In this document: positions 23,999-41,760 of the stretch, piece after piece
Layout: every line of letters begins with the position of its first letter
Numbering within the stretch: position 1 is the stretch's first letter
Source of the DNA: Chrysomallon squamiferum
Lineage: Eukaryota; Animalia; Mollusca
Direction of reading: 5' to 3'
Length of the DNA: 64,000 nt
Assembly (NCBI GenBank): GCA_012295275.1
Contig: CM022665.1
Location: forward strand, 40,548,001 to 40,612,000
Translations under genes and position numbers: made by a program
The notes under the pieces: model-generated
Databases searched by the model: none
Seen by the model: only the letters and a program-made list of their open reading frames with translations
What the model was told of the DNA's origin: nothing

Positions 23999-24780
23999 GG
24001 CCAATATGGGCATTTCAATTTAAAATTTCATTTGGATAATTATTTTCCTTTCAAGGGTAGAGAGCTGTGACATTTTATAAGCAATACCGTAACATTTAAA
24101 AAAACTGAACTGTCATTAGTAAAACAAGTTCATTGATCAAGGTTTTCAGCTCTTGTTATACATGTTATTTTCCACCTAAACAGGTATATTGTATCTAACA
24201 TGTTATTTTCTCGGGTTCTTCAGTAGATTTGAGATATCTATATTCAGCTACCAGCTAAATTTCGGTTTTTCACGCTTAACTGTCTTCTGCTCTGGTCTGT
24301 TAAGTCGATCCAAAATGCTCCTTCAAACTGCCTGGGACTGAGAATGGTATTTAAACTGAAAAACATTTAAATATTTAAGAAAATAAAACCATGAAGTTAT
24401 TACAAATTACGTGTATGCATTTATTATCAAATACAAACTGATTAATGAGCACAAGGTTATCAAATTTCTATCTTGGCTATACTGAAAAAAATGGAACAGG
24501 CAAATTTGTTTGGAACAAACAAAAAAAAATGTACACACAAATTTACAAACCATGTTTTCTTTATCGCAGACAGGCAATCACAGAAACAGACTAGTCATAT
24601 CACCCGAGTCATTTTAAAAAATTAAGAAAGACAAAACCAGTTATGAACAAATCATTTACAAACCTGTTTTCTTTGAGGTAGACAGGCTTTTCTCTGGGTA
24701 AAACAAGCACCTCCAAAGGACACTCTGCATCTTTATTCCATGAAACTCCTTTATTTAATACCATATTGGGATTTTATGCC
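20900..24780 (-). pseudogene. Heavily degenerate minus-strand coding remnant with splice signals, family uncertain
   Basis: Exon-like 24780-24664 (MVLNKGVSWNKDAECPLEVLVLPREKPVYLKEN|gt) splices in phase to the acceptor at ~24356 (SLNTILSPRQFEGAFWIDL). Downstream pieces are broken (e.g. 23695-23333; NIYCLQSHILNVLDTAGFS). Confidence 0.3.
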
Positions 24781-25844
24781 TGTGAAATGTAGTTATGAAA
24801 ATCTTAGACTGCATAAGCTTTATTGTTGGAATGAATGAGTTTATGCAATGTCTAGCAGGTTTAAAATTTTGACAAATATTGGTGTACACTGCTTCTACAT
24901 CATGCAAATAATGTTTCTAAGTAAAAGTTTGCACTTACATCATTTTGAAGACATCGGAAGATTTCAACGTTTCAAATTTTCGCTAACAGCCTCCATTTTC
25001 AACCACAGCATTTTCAGATTCTTTTTAACAGCTGAATTCTTATTTTTTATCTAAAGTCAATAAATAGAACATTAATAACAGACTAAGTTATAAAATATTT
25101 CTTTAAAAAAATGACTTTCTTGCAGCTTAATGTTTTTAATATTTTATAGTAACAAGTCCATTATAAGGCCAAAATTGTTGGTATTACCTACTGTAATGTA
25201 TTTTCCATTCATTTATTTTCACAGTGTTACCAAATGTACATAGTACTGTATAAAATATGGAAAGAACATTTCAAACTAATTTATGCACCACTATCAGAAA
25301 ATGAGAACTAATGAATGTTGTGCAGACTTATGGCAATTATTAATGCTAGGAAACATTTAACTCGACAAGCGATACTTTGTCCATAATCACCTGAAGATAC
25401 TGTTTCAGTGCAAATCCCAATTTCAATTATAAAACATGGTTTTCTCAAATATTCAGCATGATTTAGACAGGATAAATGCAGTATTTTATGACATGATTAC
25501 TAATGCTGATTTTTTTCTACTCTAAAGTTGTAAAAAAAATAATTAAAAATTAAAATGCTACTGTCTAGTTTTTAATCTGTCGATTGCAGCTCGTTTTCAT
25601 TCTACACCAAGATAGTAATAGTTTATGCCCATATTCTGGTTTTGCTATTACATACTGTTACTGAAAAATAAAAAAATGTTCAAGTTTACAAATAAGCAAC
25701 TGATCTGGCACTAATTTGGTTTGCATGAAACTTTTTTTTTGTTTCTATATACAACTATGGGGGTGAATTGTGAGAAAGAATGGTAAGGGCACTAACAATG
25801 TTTGAGACTAAAAATAAATCTTTAGGACAACTAAAATAAATTAC

Positions 25845-25984
25845 CAAGATATAGTGAATGGTATACTATACGTTTATTATTCGAAATGTGTCGTTTGTAC
25901 TGTCTTCATTCGAAGTAAAACCAAAATGTCCGGAAAAGACCATTTCTTGAATGTTTTCATTGTCACTGTTTCTTTATCCGCCAT
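25845..25984 (-). mobile_element. Possible N-terminal fragment of a hAT/ZNF862-like transposase
   Basis: MADKETVTMKTFKKWSF... resembles the TFKKW N-terminus seen in such proteins; short and frameshifted. Confidence 0.25.
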
Positions 25985-26456
25985 GCTAACTTGTGTTTTT
26001 TAATACTACAGCATCTTTTAGTGTTACGCTGCTACTTACGTATATTTGACCTAGTTTTCCTAAGGACGCCACTTCGCAAAGTATTTCAACAAGGTTAACC
26101 GACTGCGTTATGCGCTACAAAAAAAAACAGCGGCGGGAACAAGTCGAATGTCTGCGCTTGCCATAAAAATGTAAAATAATTGTATGGTGCCTGGACTACC
26201 CATTTGCTCAGTATTTCACACGAACGGCAAATCGGTTGCAACAAAATGGAACGACCGATGCATGACTCAATTTGTGCTATCAGCATAACAAAAAATGTTG
26301 TGATGGACCCTGCACTGCACGATTTGACCGACATTAAATTATTCAAAGCAAATTAAATAATTCGAAAAGAAATTCGCCAATTTTCTGCTAAGACTGTTTC
26401 ACTGCATGATTATTACAATTTCAATTAAATATTAATTAACAAAATTATAACAATAC

Positions 26457-26680
26457 CTTTTGAAAATGAGGGAAAACGGTTCTCACTGTTCTCATGAAAT
26501 AGGATGCATGGGTGCTCGTAATGCAACCGTTAAACGAAATACGTCAAGCATCTGCGAAAAAAAAATGAAAAAGGAAAGATGTACTAGCACGAGCGATGAC
26601 ATCACCAATAGCCATAAAAGGTAATGACAGAAAAGCTTGCAAGCATGCGCAATTTGTGTTCAGGTCACAAAGGTCATTCA
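26457..26680 (-). promoter_or_regulatory. CpG-enriched promoter-like region with a minus-strand first-exon donor
   Basis: Minus-strand donor aag|gtattg at 26457/26456; CAACCGTTA (Myb-type) at 26524; CCAAT at ~26605; GCATGCGCA (NRF-1-like) at 26643; AGGTCAcaaAGGTCA at 26662-26676. Confidence 0.4.
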
Positions 26681-26748
26681 GAACATTATAATTGGACGAG
26701 ATTAACATGCCACAACTGAATATTCATATATTCTTTATCTCAAAAAAA

Positions 26749-26797
<49 letters not shown>

Positions 26798-27007
26798 TGC
26801 ACTGAATTAAAAATCTAATGTTAAATACATGATTATTTAGTATTTCATTTCATAGAATTTAGAAGAAAAAATAAACATGAAAAATACTAAGGATTATTTC
26901 TTTTTAGATAAATAATAATAATAATAAAGTAATAGTTTTGCAATTAAGGTTGAATTTAATATGAACACAAGCTTATGAAATTTCCTGATAGATCTTGGCT
27001 AAATTGG

Positions 27008-27044
<37 letters not shown>

Positions 27045-27304
27045 AAAAGGCTAATTAGTGTGTAACAAAAATAAAAAAATAAAAATACGCATATAAATTT
27101 ACATACCATGTTTTCAGTATTGCAGACAGGCAATCACAGAAATAGATACAAGCAAACAAAAAACCTAAGTTTTTGTAAATTTAAATCGAATATAATTAAA
27201 ACAAATTACATATATATATATTAGGATTTTGAATATACAATATTCAGGAACGCACTGGTGCAGGAGATCAAAGTCCAATCACGACCTCAAAAACCCCGTC
27301 AGAT

Positions 27305-27389
27305 GCCGCTGACGAGACTCCAACGTATGGCACCCATTCGCCCGCACTCCTAAGGCGGACGACATTACCGTTCGCTCACCAAGACAACC
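27305..27389 (-). other. Degenerate tRNA-like sequence (SINE head or pseudo-tRNA)
   Basis: The minus strand reads ggttgtcttggtgagcgaacggtaa..tcgtccgc-cttagga-gtgcgggcga..cgttggagtctcgtcagcggca, giving an A-box-like segment, an anticodon-like stem and a B-box-like segment. The acceptor stem is imperfect. Confidence 0.35.
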
Positions 27390-27849
27390 TTCACGTATGC
27401 ATGAATGGATGGATGGATGTAGGCAGTATATATATATGTGTGTGTATGTGTATGTATATATGTATACATACATACATACCCGTTACCATTAAAAGAGTTA
27501 AATACTACTAGTAATCCAATACAGATTCTGAGTACCTCGTATACATAGCAATCATTTAAAAGAGTCATCCTAAGAAGTTCACATCAGTCGAATTCTTAAA
27601 TATAAGACAAAACATCAGCAATTACGTTCTATTTTTTTGCAAATTGTGTATTTTGACTGGATATTCCTTAATCATGTTCTACCTCCATTGTTTACTTTCA
27701 TTCTCGCTGGTATCGAGCTCTAAGGTCCACGGAAATAACCATTCGCTAATACGACTTACTCCCGCACTGTCGAATTCCCTATTGTTGGAACTGCTCTTAC
27801 TGACATTTATGTTGTTACCTCAGTCATTATAATGAATAGTTCCAGATTA

Positions 27850-28600
27850 TCTGAATGTAGCAAATGTCACCATGTAATCGTTGAATTCGGCAGCTGTGGG
27901 CGCTGCTGGGATGGTTCCCATTGCATTAAACCACATTTTCTGGACCTTGCTCATCGGAAGCAGTGGCAGAGCGGCAGCTCTTCTCACCCAGGTTTTCACG
28001 GCATTATCGTTCTAGTACTGTTTGACTAGGCCTGTCTGTTGGGTCTTGCGCCAAATGGCCTGTACGTAGTGAAACATGCAGTCTTCGATGTCTGATTTAG
28101 GAAACGATTGTTCCACTTCACGAATAGCTGCCATTTCAAAGTCTGTCTGTACACAATCGGGATCCAATACTTGGTTGAACGTGGGCCTTCAGGTTCTCAA
28201 ATAGACAGGCGTAGTTGGTAGTCTGTCGGTCTGGAAGCAAGGCATATATTAGTGGTAGTAGGTCTGGTCATCTTTACGGGCATGCAGGATGGAGATCTGG
28301 TTCTAGAGCTGTGAACGTACCATCCATGTAGATCGTGTCCGCTTCTTGGAGAAACCTCATTTGATTTCTTTTTGATAGAGAAGACAGCCATCTTATCTGC
28401 ATCATTGTTCGTCGCTGTCGGTACATGGAACTCTTGTGAATGGGAAAAATGGGGATTTCGGAGGAACATCATGACCGAAGGTGTTTCTAACAAAACCAGA
28501 AACTGTTGTTGTGTGCAACTCCAATATGTGGTTTCTTCGTTAACGCGATTTTGACTGTACGTATAACCCATCTAACAAAACTTGTAGTTTTCCATGATTT
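27850..28600 (-). mobile_element. MULE transposon remnant with FLYWCH-type N-terminus
   Basis: GYTYSQNRVNEETTYWSC (FLYWCH-like) and DFEMAAIREVEQSFPKSDIEDCMFHYVQAIWRKTQQTGL on the minus strand. Confidence 0.85.
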
Positions 28601-29655
28601 GGCTGCAAAATTCTATGTTGGGTAAACCAGCGATTTTTTTTATTTTTTTTTATTTCAAAAACATCTTCTTATACACTCAAAAGGCCATGGAGAACATGTA
28701 TTGGCAAATAAACAATTGTCTGTCTTTAATGAAAGTTGCTATAAACAGAATGTTATTAACAAAAGGCCATGGAGAAACTATGAAGAACTGTAAAGAGGCC
28801 ATGTTCATTACATAAATATATAATCAGATTAATGTACATTGATTAATAGACCATTGTCCGTCTATAATCAAAACTTGTATGAACATGAAGAGGCCATGTT
28901 CATTACCTGTGTATATACACAGGTAATGAGATATTTCGGTAGGCGAAGTATTTTGACCACTTGGAAATTCGACCGATTGGCACGAATCCGCCAATATCCA
29001 TGATGATGAAAGGCTCTACAACTGTGTAATAGGGAAAGATTCTTCGTAGGTGTCAGATTTTTCAATTTTCATGTGTACGAGAAATACGTAGACGTATAAA
29101 GCATCTGACATATAATTTTGTATATATGCATATATAAATATACACATATACATAGACAATGACGCACATGCAACATATGGAGGTACATACGCGCACATGC
29201 ACATGCACAGACACAGACACAGACACAACACAGACACATACATACATACATACATACATACTTCGTGTATGACCCATTTGGATTCAAACAATTTCATAGA
29301 TGTAAAATAACAGAAAAAAGATAATAAATAAACACTTTTTTTTAATCTTTTAATTTGTTTTTATTCAGGACGATCATATATGCAATCAAATGGTTCAGTA
29401 AAATGAATAAATTTTGTGCATAATTTGTTTACAATCGAAAAATGAAAAGAATTTGAAAAGAATGTGCGTATGTTCTCATGTAATACTAATTATTAGTATT
29501 ATTATTATTATTATATTTTTTATTGTCCTTTTTCATATTAATTAATCATTTTATTCCATTTTCATTTTCATTTACTTTTCTTTATTTTCTTATTTTATTT
29601 TATTTTATTTTATTTTATTTTATTTTATTTTATTTTATTTTATTTTATTTTATTT

Positions 29656-29701
<46 letters not shown>

Positions 29702-29875
29702 TTTTTTTTTTTTTTTTTTTAATTTTTTTAAGAAGAAAATCCGAAATATATCCTCTAAAAGATTAATCATAGATTAATCAATATTTTCTACATAATTAAT
29801 TGTTGTAGCTATAAACCTCTGAATACATATGTAATCACATATGTACTGTGCAGTACGGAATGTCAGGAACAAGGA

Positions 29876-35173
<5,298 letters not shown>

Positions 35174-35317
35174 AATGATGTCGATGAACTTTAAATATAT
35201 CGGATTATTGCGTTCTGTAGGTTGATGAATCTTATTCGATTGTTTACTGCAGTAATATTCGCAGGTTTTAAAGTATTATCATTGATGGCATCGGATAAAA
35301 CTGAGTAGAGTATAGAG

Positions 35318-35627
35318 TACTCGTTTTCAACCTTTTTCATACCGCGACCCCTTATGAGCAACTCAATATGACCGATGACCTCCATTAACATTTTTGATTC
35401 AATAATATCTAGGGTTACCCTATTTTCATCAACCAAAGACAGTACAAAAGGAATCTATATTCACTATGACGGGTCCCAGACCTATCTAGACGTTTTTATT
35501 TATTCCTCCTTCCAAGTCAAGTTGAAAAAAGTTAAAACATACCCTCGCTCAAGAACGATCTCGCGACCGCCAGAAAAATGGCAGTCCATCCCTCGTGGGG
35601 TCGCGACCCCCAGGTTGAAAACCTATG
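35318..35627. mobile_element. hAT (Charlie/Buster-type) MITE, 310 bp
   Basis: TIR cores gttttcaacct / aggttgaaaac, internal cgcgaccc repeats, and a perfect 8-bp TSD gtatagag (35310-35317 and 35628-35635) with a central TA. Confidence 0.85.
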
Positions 35628-35629
35628 GT

Positions 35630-36403
35630 ATAGAGGGAACCGGGGCATAATGGATGACATCTTCTTTTCTTCAGAAGCTATTCTTATTTGTTCCTTTTCA
35701 GGACTGTCGATTTAGGCAGACTCTTCCCTTGTTTTTTCGTGGTGTTGCCTTTGGAAAGGGGCTCGACTTTGCATTGCAGTGGATGCGACTGGTTTTAACG
35801 TTGCTGGCGTTCCTGTAGCTCGATTTGGGGATTGATTTGGCATATCTGGTTCATGTGACTGGTACACTTCATAGATAGTTCTGATCGGTCTGTCACATAG
35901 AAAGAAAGGAAGACCGTATCGTCATATACCTTAGGATCGAATGGACAAACATCTCTGTTCTTGAAACGAGCTGTTATGTTCTTGGGAGTGAGGGTGGCCA
36001 ATATGTTGGCACTGCCTATGATCTTGCAAAAGTGGTCCACTGTACCCCGGTCCACTGTGCCCCACATGAACTTCAAACAGTCATGTTACCTTTTACTACA
36101 AATGGCGGTCTGATGAAGAAAGAGCACGTTCATATCTTCACAAAACATAATGAATGGTTTCTTATTACTTAATGATCTATACTACATCACAAAAGTATGT
36201 TATTCATAAAAAGTTAGTTTTCATTGTGAAAAGCATACTTTATCTTGCTAATTTTCAGAATGCACGCCTCAGTTAAAACAAATAGGTTTCTTGACTGGTG
36301 ATTAACTTCAGACTTTTACTGATGAGATCATCTCGGGATTCCCTTCTTTTTTTTATCATCTATAAATGCTCACTGATCCACTCTGCCCCGACTCCCCGCA
36401 CTA
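35630..36403 (-). mobile_element. pogo/Tigger-like (DDE_1) transposon, internally deleted
   Basis: Minus-strand ATLTPKNITARFKNRDVCPFDPKVYDDTVFLSFYVTDR and PFPKATPRK. Imperfect TIRs gggaaccggggcataatgga / tccactctgccccgactcccc. Confidence 0.7.
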
Positions 36404-36464
36404 CTAGTGTTAGCAAGGTGTATTCACAACTACTACAACATTTCAAAACAACAACAACAACATC

Positions 36465-36525
<61 letters not shown>
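36465..36525. repeat. (AAT)n microsatellite
   Basis: Perfect trinucleotide run; similar (ATT)n runs at ~42978, ~43425, ~44388 and ~63726. Confidence 0.9.
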
Positions 36526-37071
36526 TAATAAATAAATAACTGAACGATAAAATGTTTCTGTTGTGGTAACAAATACTCGTAACGTTTGAAGATCAAGTGT
36601 AAAAGGTCAAAACTCCAAATCTGTTTCTTTGTATTTCATTATTTTATTTTTGCGTGGAGTTGAAGTTGTCTTTGGTTTTTTGCTGTTTTGATATTGCTGT
36701 TGTTGTTGATTTGAAGGGGTCTTTATTGTTGTTTTAACGCTAAACTTAATTTTAGGAGTAAAATTAGTAACAGTAGTAATGAATTCTTGTTAAAATACTT
36801 TTAAAAAGAAATTAAAATTAAAAATTTCTCTGAAAATAGCTATCAAGAAACAGATATAATATATATTATAATCACTCGGCACAAATTCGTTCATTTGTTT
36901 ATTTATTCATTTATTCATTCCCAAGCAGTTAACTGAAGTTAAACGCCCAATAGCATTCTCTAACAATTAATGTAGGTCGAGGTTGTATTGTACCAGTTCC
37001 ATCTATTACTGTTACGCCTAGAAATATATTGTAAAACATCGACTGTGTTGCCAGCTTATTGAGAAACCAAC

Positions 37072-39156
37072 ATGGAGTCCGTGACTTCGTTTTGTAGGTC
37101 ACGAATACTTCTTGGAGCTGCTAGAAATGCATACAGGAACCTAATCAGGACACGACCTGCAATCTCACATACTAACGTAATTGACAAACAAAAGGCTATA
37201 TAAAGATAAAATATAATAATCATAATTATTTATGTTTGTGGAACGTGCACCCGTTTGTGTTATTGATTCTTGAATGATTAATCATCGTGATTACTTTTAA
37301 TACTGATTATTTTAATATTTATTATTGTCAGTGATTAAAGCAGTTTAAATTATCGTTATTAAGCAATTATTTATTCAAGTATGAAGAATAACAATTACTA
37401 ATATGTTCACAAACTTATGTAAATTACCAAATTTAAAGAACTAAATTAGTAACAAATCAGATCTTAAATGTAATCAATTTGATTAGTTCACTTTTTCAAA
37501 TAAAAACTATAATAACTGATTTATCTAATCTCAGTATTTTTTTTTTTTTTATTATTATTACTATAAGACATTACTTTTCTACAAGTAATATATAAATCTA
37601 GCTTAGCACATAAAAACTAATGTAATCTTAATTATTTGTATTTTTCAATTCACAGATTCACAGTGATGCCGCAAAAGACTTAAAAGATGCTGACGAATAT
37701 CCAGAGGTGGAAATTTCACATGCAGAATTTAAATATGTGGAGAAACTGTTGCCAAAACCAACAGTACCAGACCCTCCTAAGCATAGCAGCTTCCCCACCC
37801 CATCTGGATGGGTTGCACCCAAAGGTTGTACTCATTTGTTTAATTACTACTTGTTGTGGTATGAATAAATGGCTTAAATACAGCTCATTGATTTAGAAGT
37901 GATTGTTTTTAAAAAATGCAAATGACCAATTACAGCTAATAGTAAAGACTAAAGGATAAAAATAAAACAACATTAGAATCTTGTAATGAATGGAGGCTGA
38001 TTAAATTATTTGTGGTGATGTTACTTTTATACAAAGCAATGTAAAAATAAATAATGTTCCAGTGAGACAGAGCATACAGCAATATTCATGTTGGAGTTAT
38101 GCCATTGACAACTTCTGTATAATTATTCAATTGTATACAAATGATAATAATACCTTCAATTTTTGAAAATCTTTTTCAGAATCAGCAATCAACCATCCAT
38201 ATTTCATTAAAAGAACTAAAAATCATATGTTCCCAGTTTATTTGGAAACAACTAATGCAGGAACGAGACAGATTGTGAAAATTAGACAAATAGAAGGCGA
38301 TATTTGGGTAACATCTTTAATTTTAATGTGTTAATATGTGAAATAACAATTTGAAAAAAAAACACAAAAACAATTAACTGATCTTTGTAGTATTTTGTCC
38401 AAACCATATTAAATTTTAAGTTTACTGAATAATGAAAATAAAATTTAACTCTTCGTATATGCAGATAATGTTCTGGCTTTATTGTATTATTTTTTTTTTA
38501 ATAAATCAAACATTACTGTAAAGATCTTTTCTTGTTTTAATAATAATATTAAATAAATTTAAAAAAAAGTAATGAATGTAAAAGGATTTTTAAAAAATAA
38601 AATTTTAATAATATTATTGTATACAACACAATGCTACACAGTTTATTATGGCAAAAATATATGTCTCTAAAGTAATATAATATTAGTAGATAATGAAAAC
38701 AAAGTATTTTTCTGGATGGATTAATATTCAGTTAGGTCATTGGAAAAACAAGTTACCATGGTTAATAGACCAGACATTTCAAAAACAAAATGTATGCTGT
38801 TAATTATGTTATTCTGTTGTTGTCATCAACATAGCCTATATATTATTTTCCAATAACATACAATCAAACTGAATGACATCAGTTGTGTAACTGTATGATG
38901 AGAAAACAACATACATAATTACGTTATTTTTTATTTGAACAAGAATCAAAAATAAATATTAAAATTTAAATGTGATCAAAAAAATTTATTTTTTCTTATG
39001 TTTTTTCAGGCCTTTGAAGCTGACTTAAGAAATTACCTACAGCAGATCACTGGGAAGTCTGTTTTCACTCGTGTTCATGAAGTAGGCCGTTACGTACAAG
39101 TTAAAGGACTTCACTTAGAAGCAGTCTCTAAACTGCTGCTCAAGAAAGGATTTTAA
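37072..39156 (+). CDS. MRPL49: Mitochondrial ribosomal protein L49, 4 exons, 182 aa
   Basis: Exons 37072-37176, 37656-37824, 38180-38307 and 39010-39156 (549 nt, GT-AG, in phase). Arg-rich presequence, then EFKYVEKLLP..VPDPPKH..PTPSGW, PYFIKRTKNHMFPVY, IRQIEGDIW and a C-terminal KGF*. Confidence 0.96.
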
Positions 39157-41085
39157 TGCGTCTGAATGTGTTAAATTATTATAATCCAGACATAAACTTG
39201 TTTTGTAGTAAACAATTGTGTTCTTGTTTTTGTTGAATTTTATTTGATCAGATTTAGTTTGGCATTTTAATGAATCCTTGTGGAAAATATTTTGGTAACG
39301 TATGTTTAATTTTGATCAGAAAAACAAATAAGGATGGGCCTCTGGATATATGTTCTTGTTTAAAATTATTTTATATGCTTGCACTGAATATTTCACCAAT
39401 AACTAATGGGTTTGTATGTGTAAAAATATAAATTATTCAGTTAACATTAATATTATTTACAGTTTTCTTTTTTCTATCACAGGGAAAATATCTTTTTTAT
39501 ATATTTCATCAGAAAGTGTTATTTAGTAATTACTATAATGAAATAACATGAGCTAAGTAATCCGTGATCCACATATCTGTAGCTAATAATTATTGGTATG
39601 TACTGTGAAAGGTATGCAAAAAATGCTAACGTTCTAGAATGAAGTACAAAAATCATGTAGTTTACAAATAAATAAATATATAGTTTATTTTAACAAAAAT
39701 GATAAAAAAAAAAACACCTCTTACTTTATAAATCCATTTACTTTGTTACATTAAAAAATGAGAAAAGTTACTTAGCACAATGTTTGGTTTGTTAATTCCT
39801 CCAAATACACCAGTGGACCAGATTGACTACAAACAATTGAATGTCGGCAGAAATTTTATACAAGAAACTGGGCAGTAAATGTTGGCAAATACTAAAGTGT
39901 ATGTATAATCTAACATGAGATTAAGTGTAAAAATAATATTCACAACCAGTGAAATACATACGAAATGTAAAGCTAATATATACTTTGAATGAACAATGCA
40001 TGTCCAACTGGAGGTCACTTGCCAGATACATTCAAAGACCCATGAGTGAAATTCTTTCAGAGCAGTAATTTTTTTTTTCCTTTCATGTGTTGTTAAAAAT
40101 AATTTATTACAGATAACTTGCAATTATATTTCTATATATGCTATCATGTGTAAATGACAGAAAAGCAAACTAGTCTATTTAATAAACCATAATCTTCTAG
40201 TCAATCAAAACAGAATAATTTTTTATATACTTTCCTACCTGCATTGAAATTGTTAGCTAAAAATAGGGCTGTTTTGGAAAATTTTCTATGGTATTCTCTA
40301 GGATGCTAATCAGAATATTAAATAAACTACCTTCATATAGTCAATTACTCTATAGGCTTGACTTTATTATTTATGCTGTCTGATACTAGCAGATTGTAAT
40401 TTAATTATTTCAGGATTTAGTTTAATAGTGATAAACAATGTTAATGATTTATCCTTTTGTCTACTTATGTATTAAGATATCAGTGTAATATCCCGCCAAA
40501 AATCTAACCTAGCAGTATATTCACTGGCTTTTAAATATGCCGCCTTTGTATAATGGCTGACCTTGCTTCTATTGTCACGTGATGTATACATTCTATCCAA
40601 ATGTCATAATAGGCTTTCTGTTACAGCCAAGTAAGGAGTCTCGAAGAAGTACGCACCAGATCAATGTTTGTCAGTTATGACATGGTTCTACAAAGGTGAA
40701 AACAGGCATAAAACATGACCAGGTTAGCTGGTCTGTGAAACAGAAGTTCATATATTTATTTCGTGTGCGATACGTGTGTAACTGTAAGGTATTTACCGTG
40801 TTACATTACCATTTTCGTTTGTTACCGCTGTGGTATGCTTTGACTATTTATAGCCCACGTTATTTATTCTACTTAAGCATTATGCGCAGAAATACGTAAA
40901 ATTAAGATAAACTTAAATTACCATATTATTGTAAGCACAAAAAGAGCGAAAACGTTAGGTATGGATTAGCGAAAGCAATTAATGAAGGAAATCAGGATGT
41001 ATTAAGGATATATTAAGTAGAACTGACCGTTCGAAAATTTATTTTATGTTCAGAGCGAAAATATTATTTGTCTGTATATTCGTCG

Positions 41086-41121
<36 letters not shown>

Positions 41122-41307
41122 CAATTATTTTCCTATGGATACCAGAAGAAATAGCAAACATATTTTTTAATTTATCGTTCTATTTATTTTTGTAGCCAAT
41201 TTTAAATAGCATGTTAGCGCAAGATTTTACTTATTTGTTTAGGTTCATTTCGAAATTTTAGCTCATATATCCATGTTATAAATTATTTTTCAGATTATTA
41301 AACGAAA

Positions 41308-41760
41308 ATGTCTGCTCGAGAAGGGCGTATGGCTGGTAAAATTGCTTTATGGCAAAGTAAAGCAGACGAACATAGAGAAAAACAACTGATTAACCCGTTT
41401 TCAGAATGGGAGGGGGCATCACACCGTGCCAAATTAAACAAAGACGATAAAGAATACGCTACGCCAGTACCAGGATCATTCACCGAAAAGCGTGGCAAAG
41501 AAGCAAACAGCCACATCAGTAATGAAATAATACAACTGTGTCACGTGATCGCCGAACATGGCCGACGTCGACCAGACGGCACTTTTGTAGTGACTTTCGG
41601 CGAACTGTTTGAAGCCTATACGAGAATTTCTAATAAGTTAGTGGGTATGTTGATGAGGGCAAGAAAGCAAAGACTTTTAACGTTTGAAGGAGAAATGTTG
41701 TTTCAAAGAAGAGACGACGATGTTAATATTATTCTGTTCACCGTACCCGACTGGAATTAA
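41308..41760 (+). CDS. ABRA: Actin-binding Rho-activating protein-like (ABRA/STARS C-terminal Costars domain), 150 aa
   Basis: Q.INPFS, Y..PVPGS.TE.RG, VTFGELFE.Y.RISNKLVGML.RARK..L..FEGEML.QRRDD.V.I. The splice acceptor tttcag at ~41293 implies an upstream 5' exon. Confidence 0.9.
   Translation: MSAREGRMAGKIALWQSKADEHREKQLINPFSEWEGASHRAKLNKDDKEYATPVPGSFTEKRGKEANSHISNEIIQLCHVIAEHGRRRPDGTFVVTFGELFEAYTRISNKLVGMLMRARKQRLLTFEGEMLFQRRDDDVNIILFTVPDWN

Noticed and set aside
29016-29297. Three overlapping Cys/Val/Met/Tyr-rich ORFs
   Set aside because: Products of (CA)/(TACA)n microsatellites.
36588-36601. aagatcaagtgta matching U2 snRNA
   Set aside because: Only 13 nt; the flanks do not match U2.
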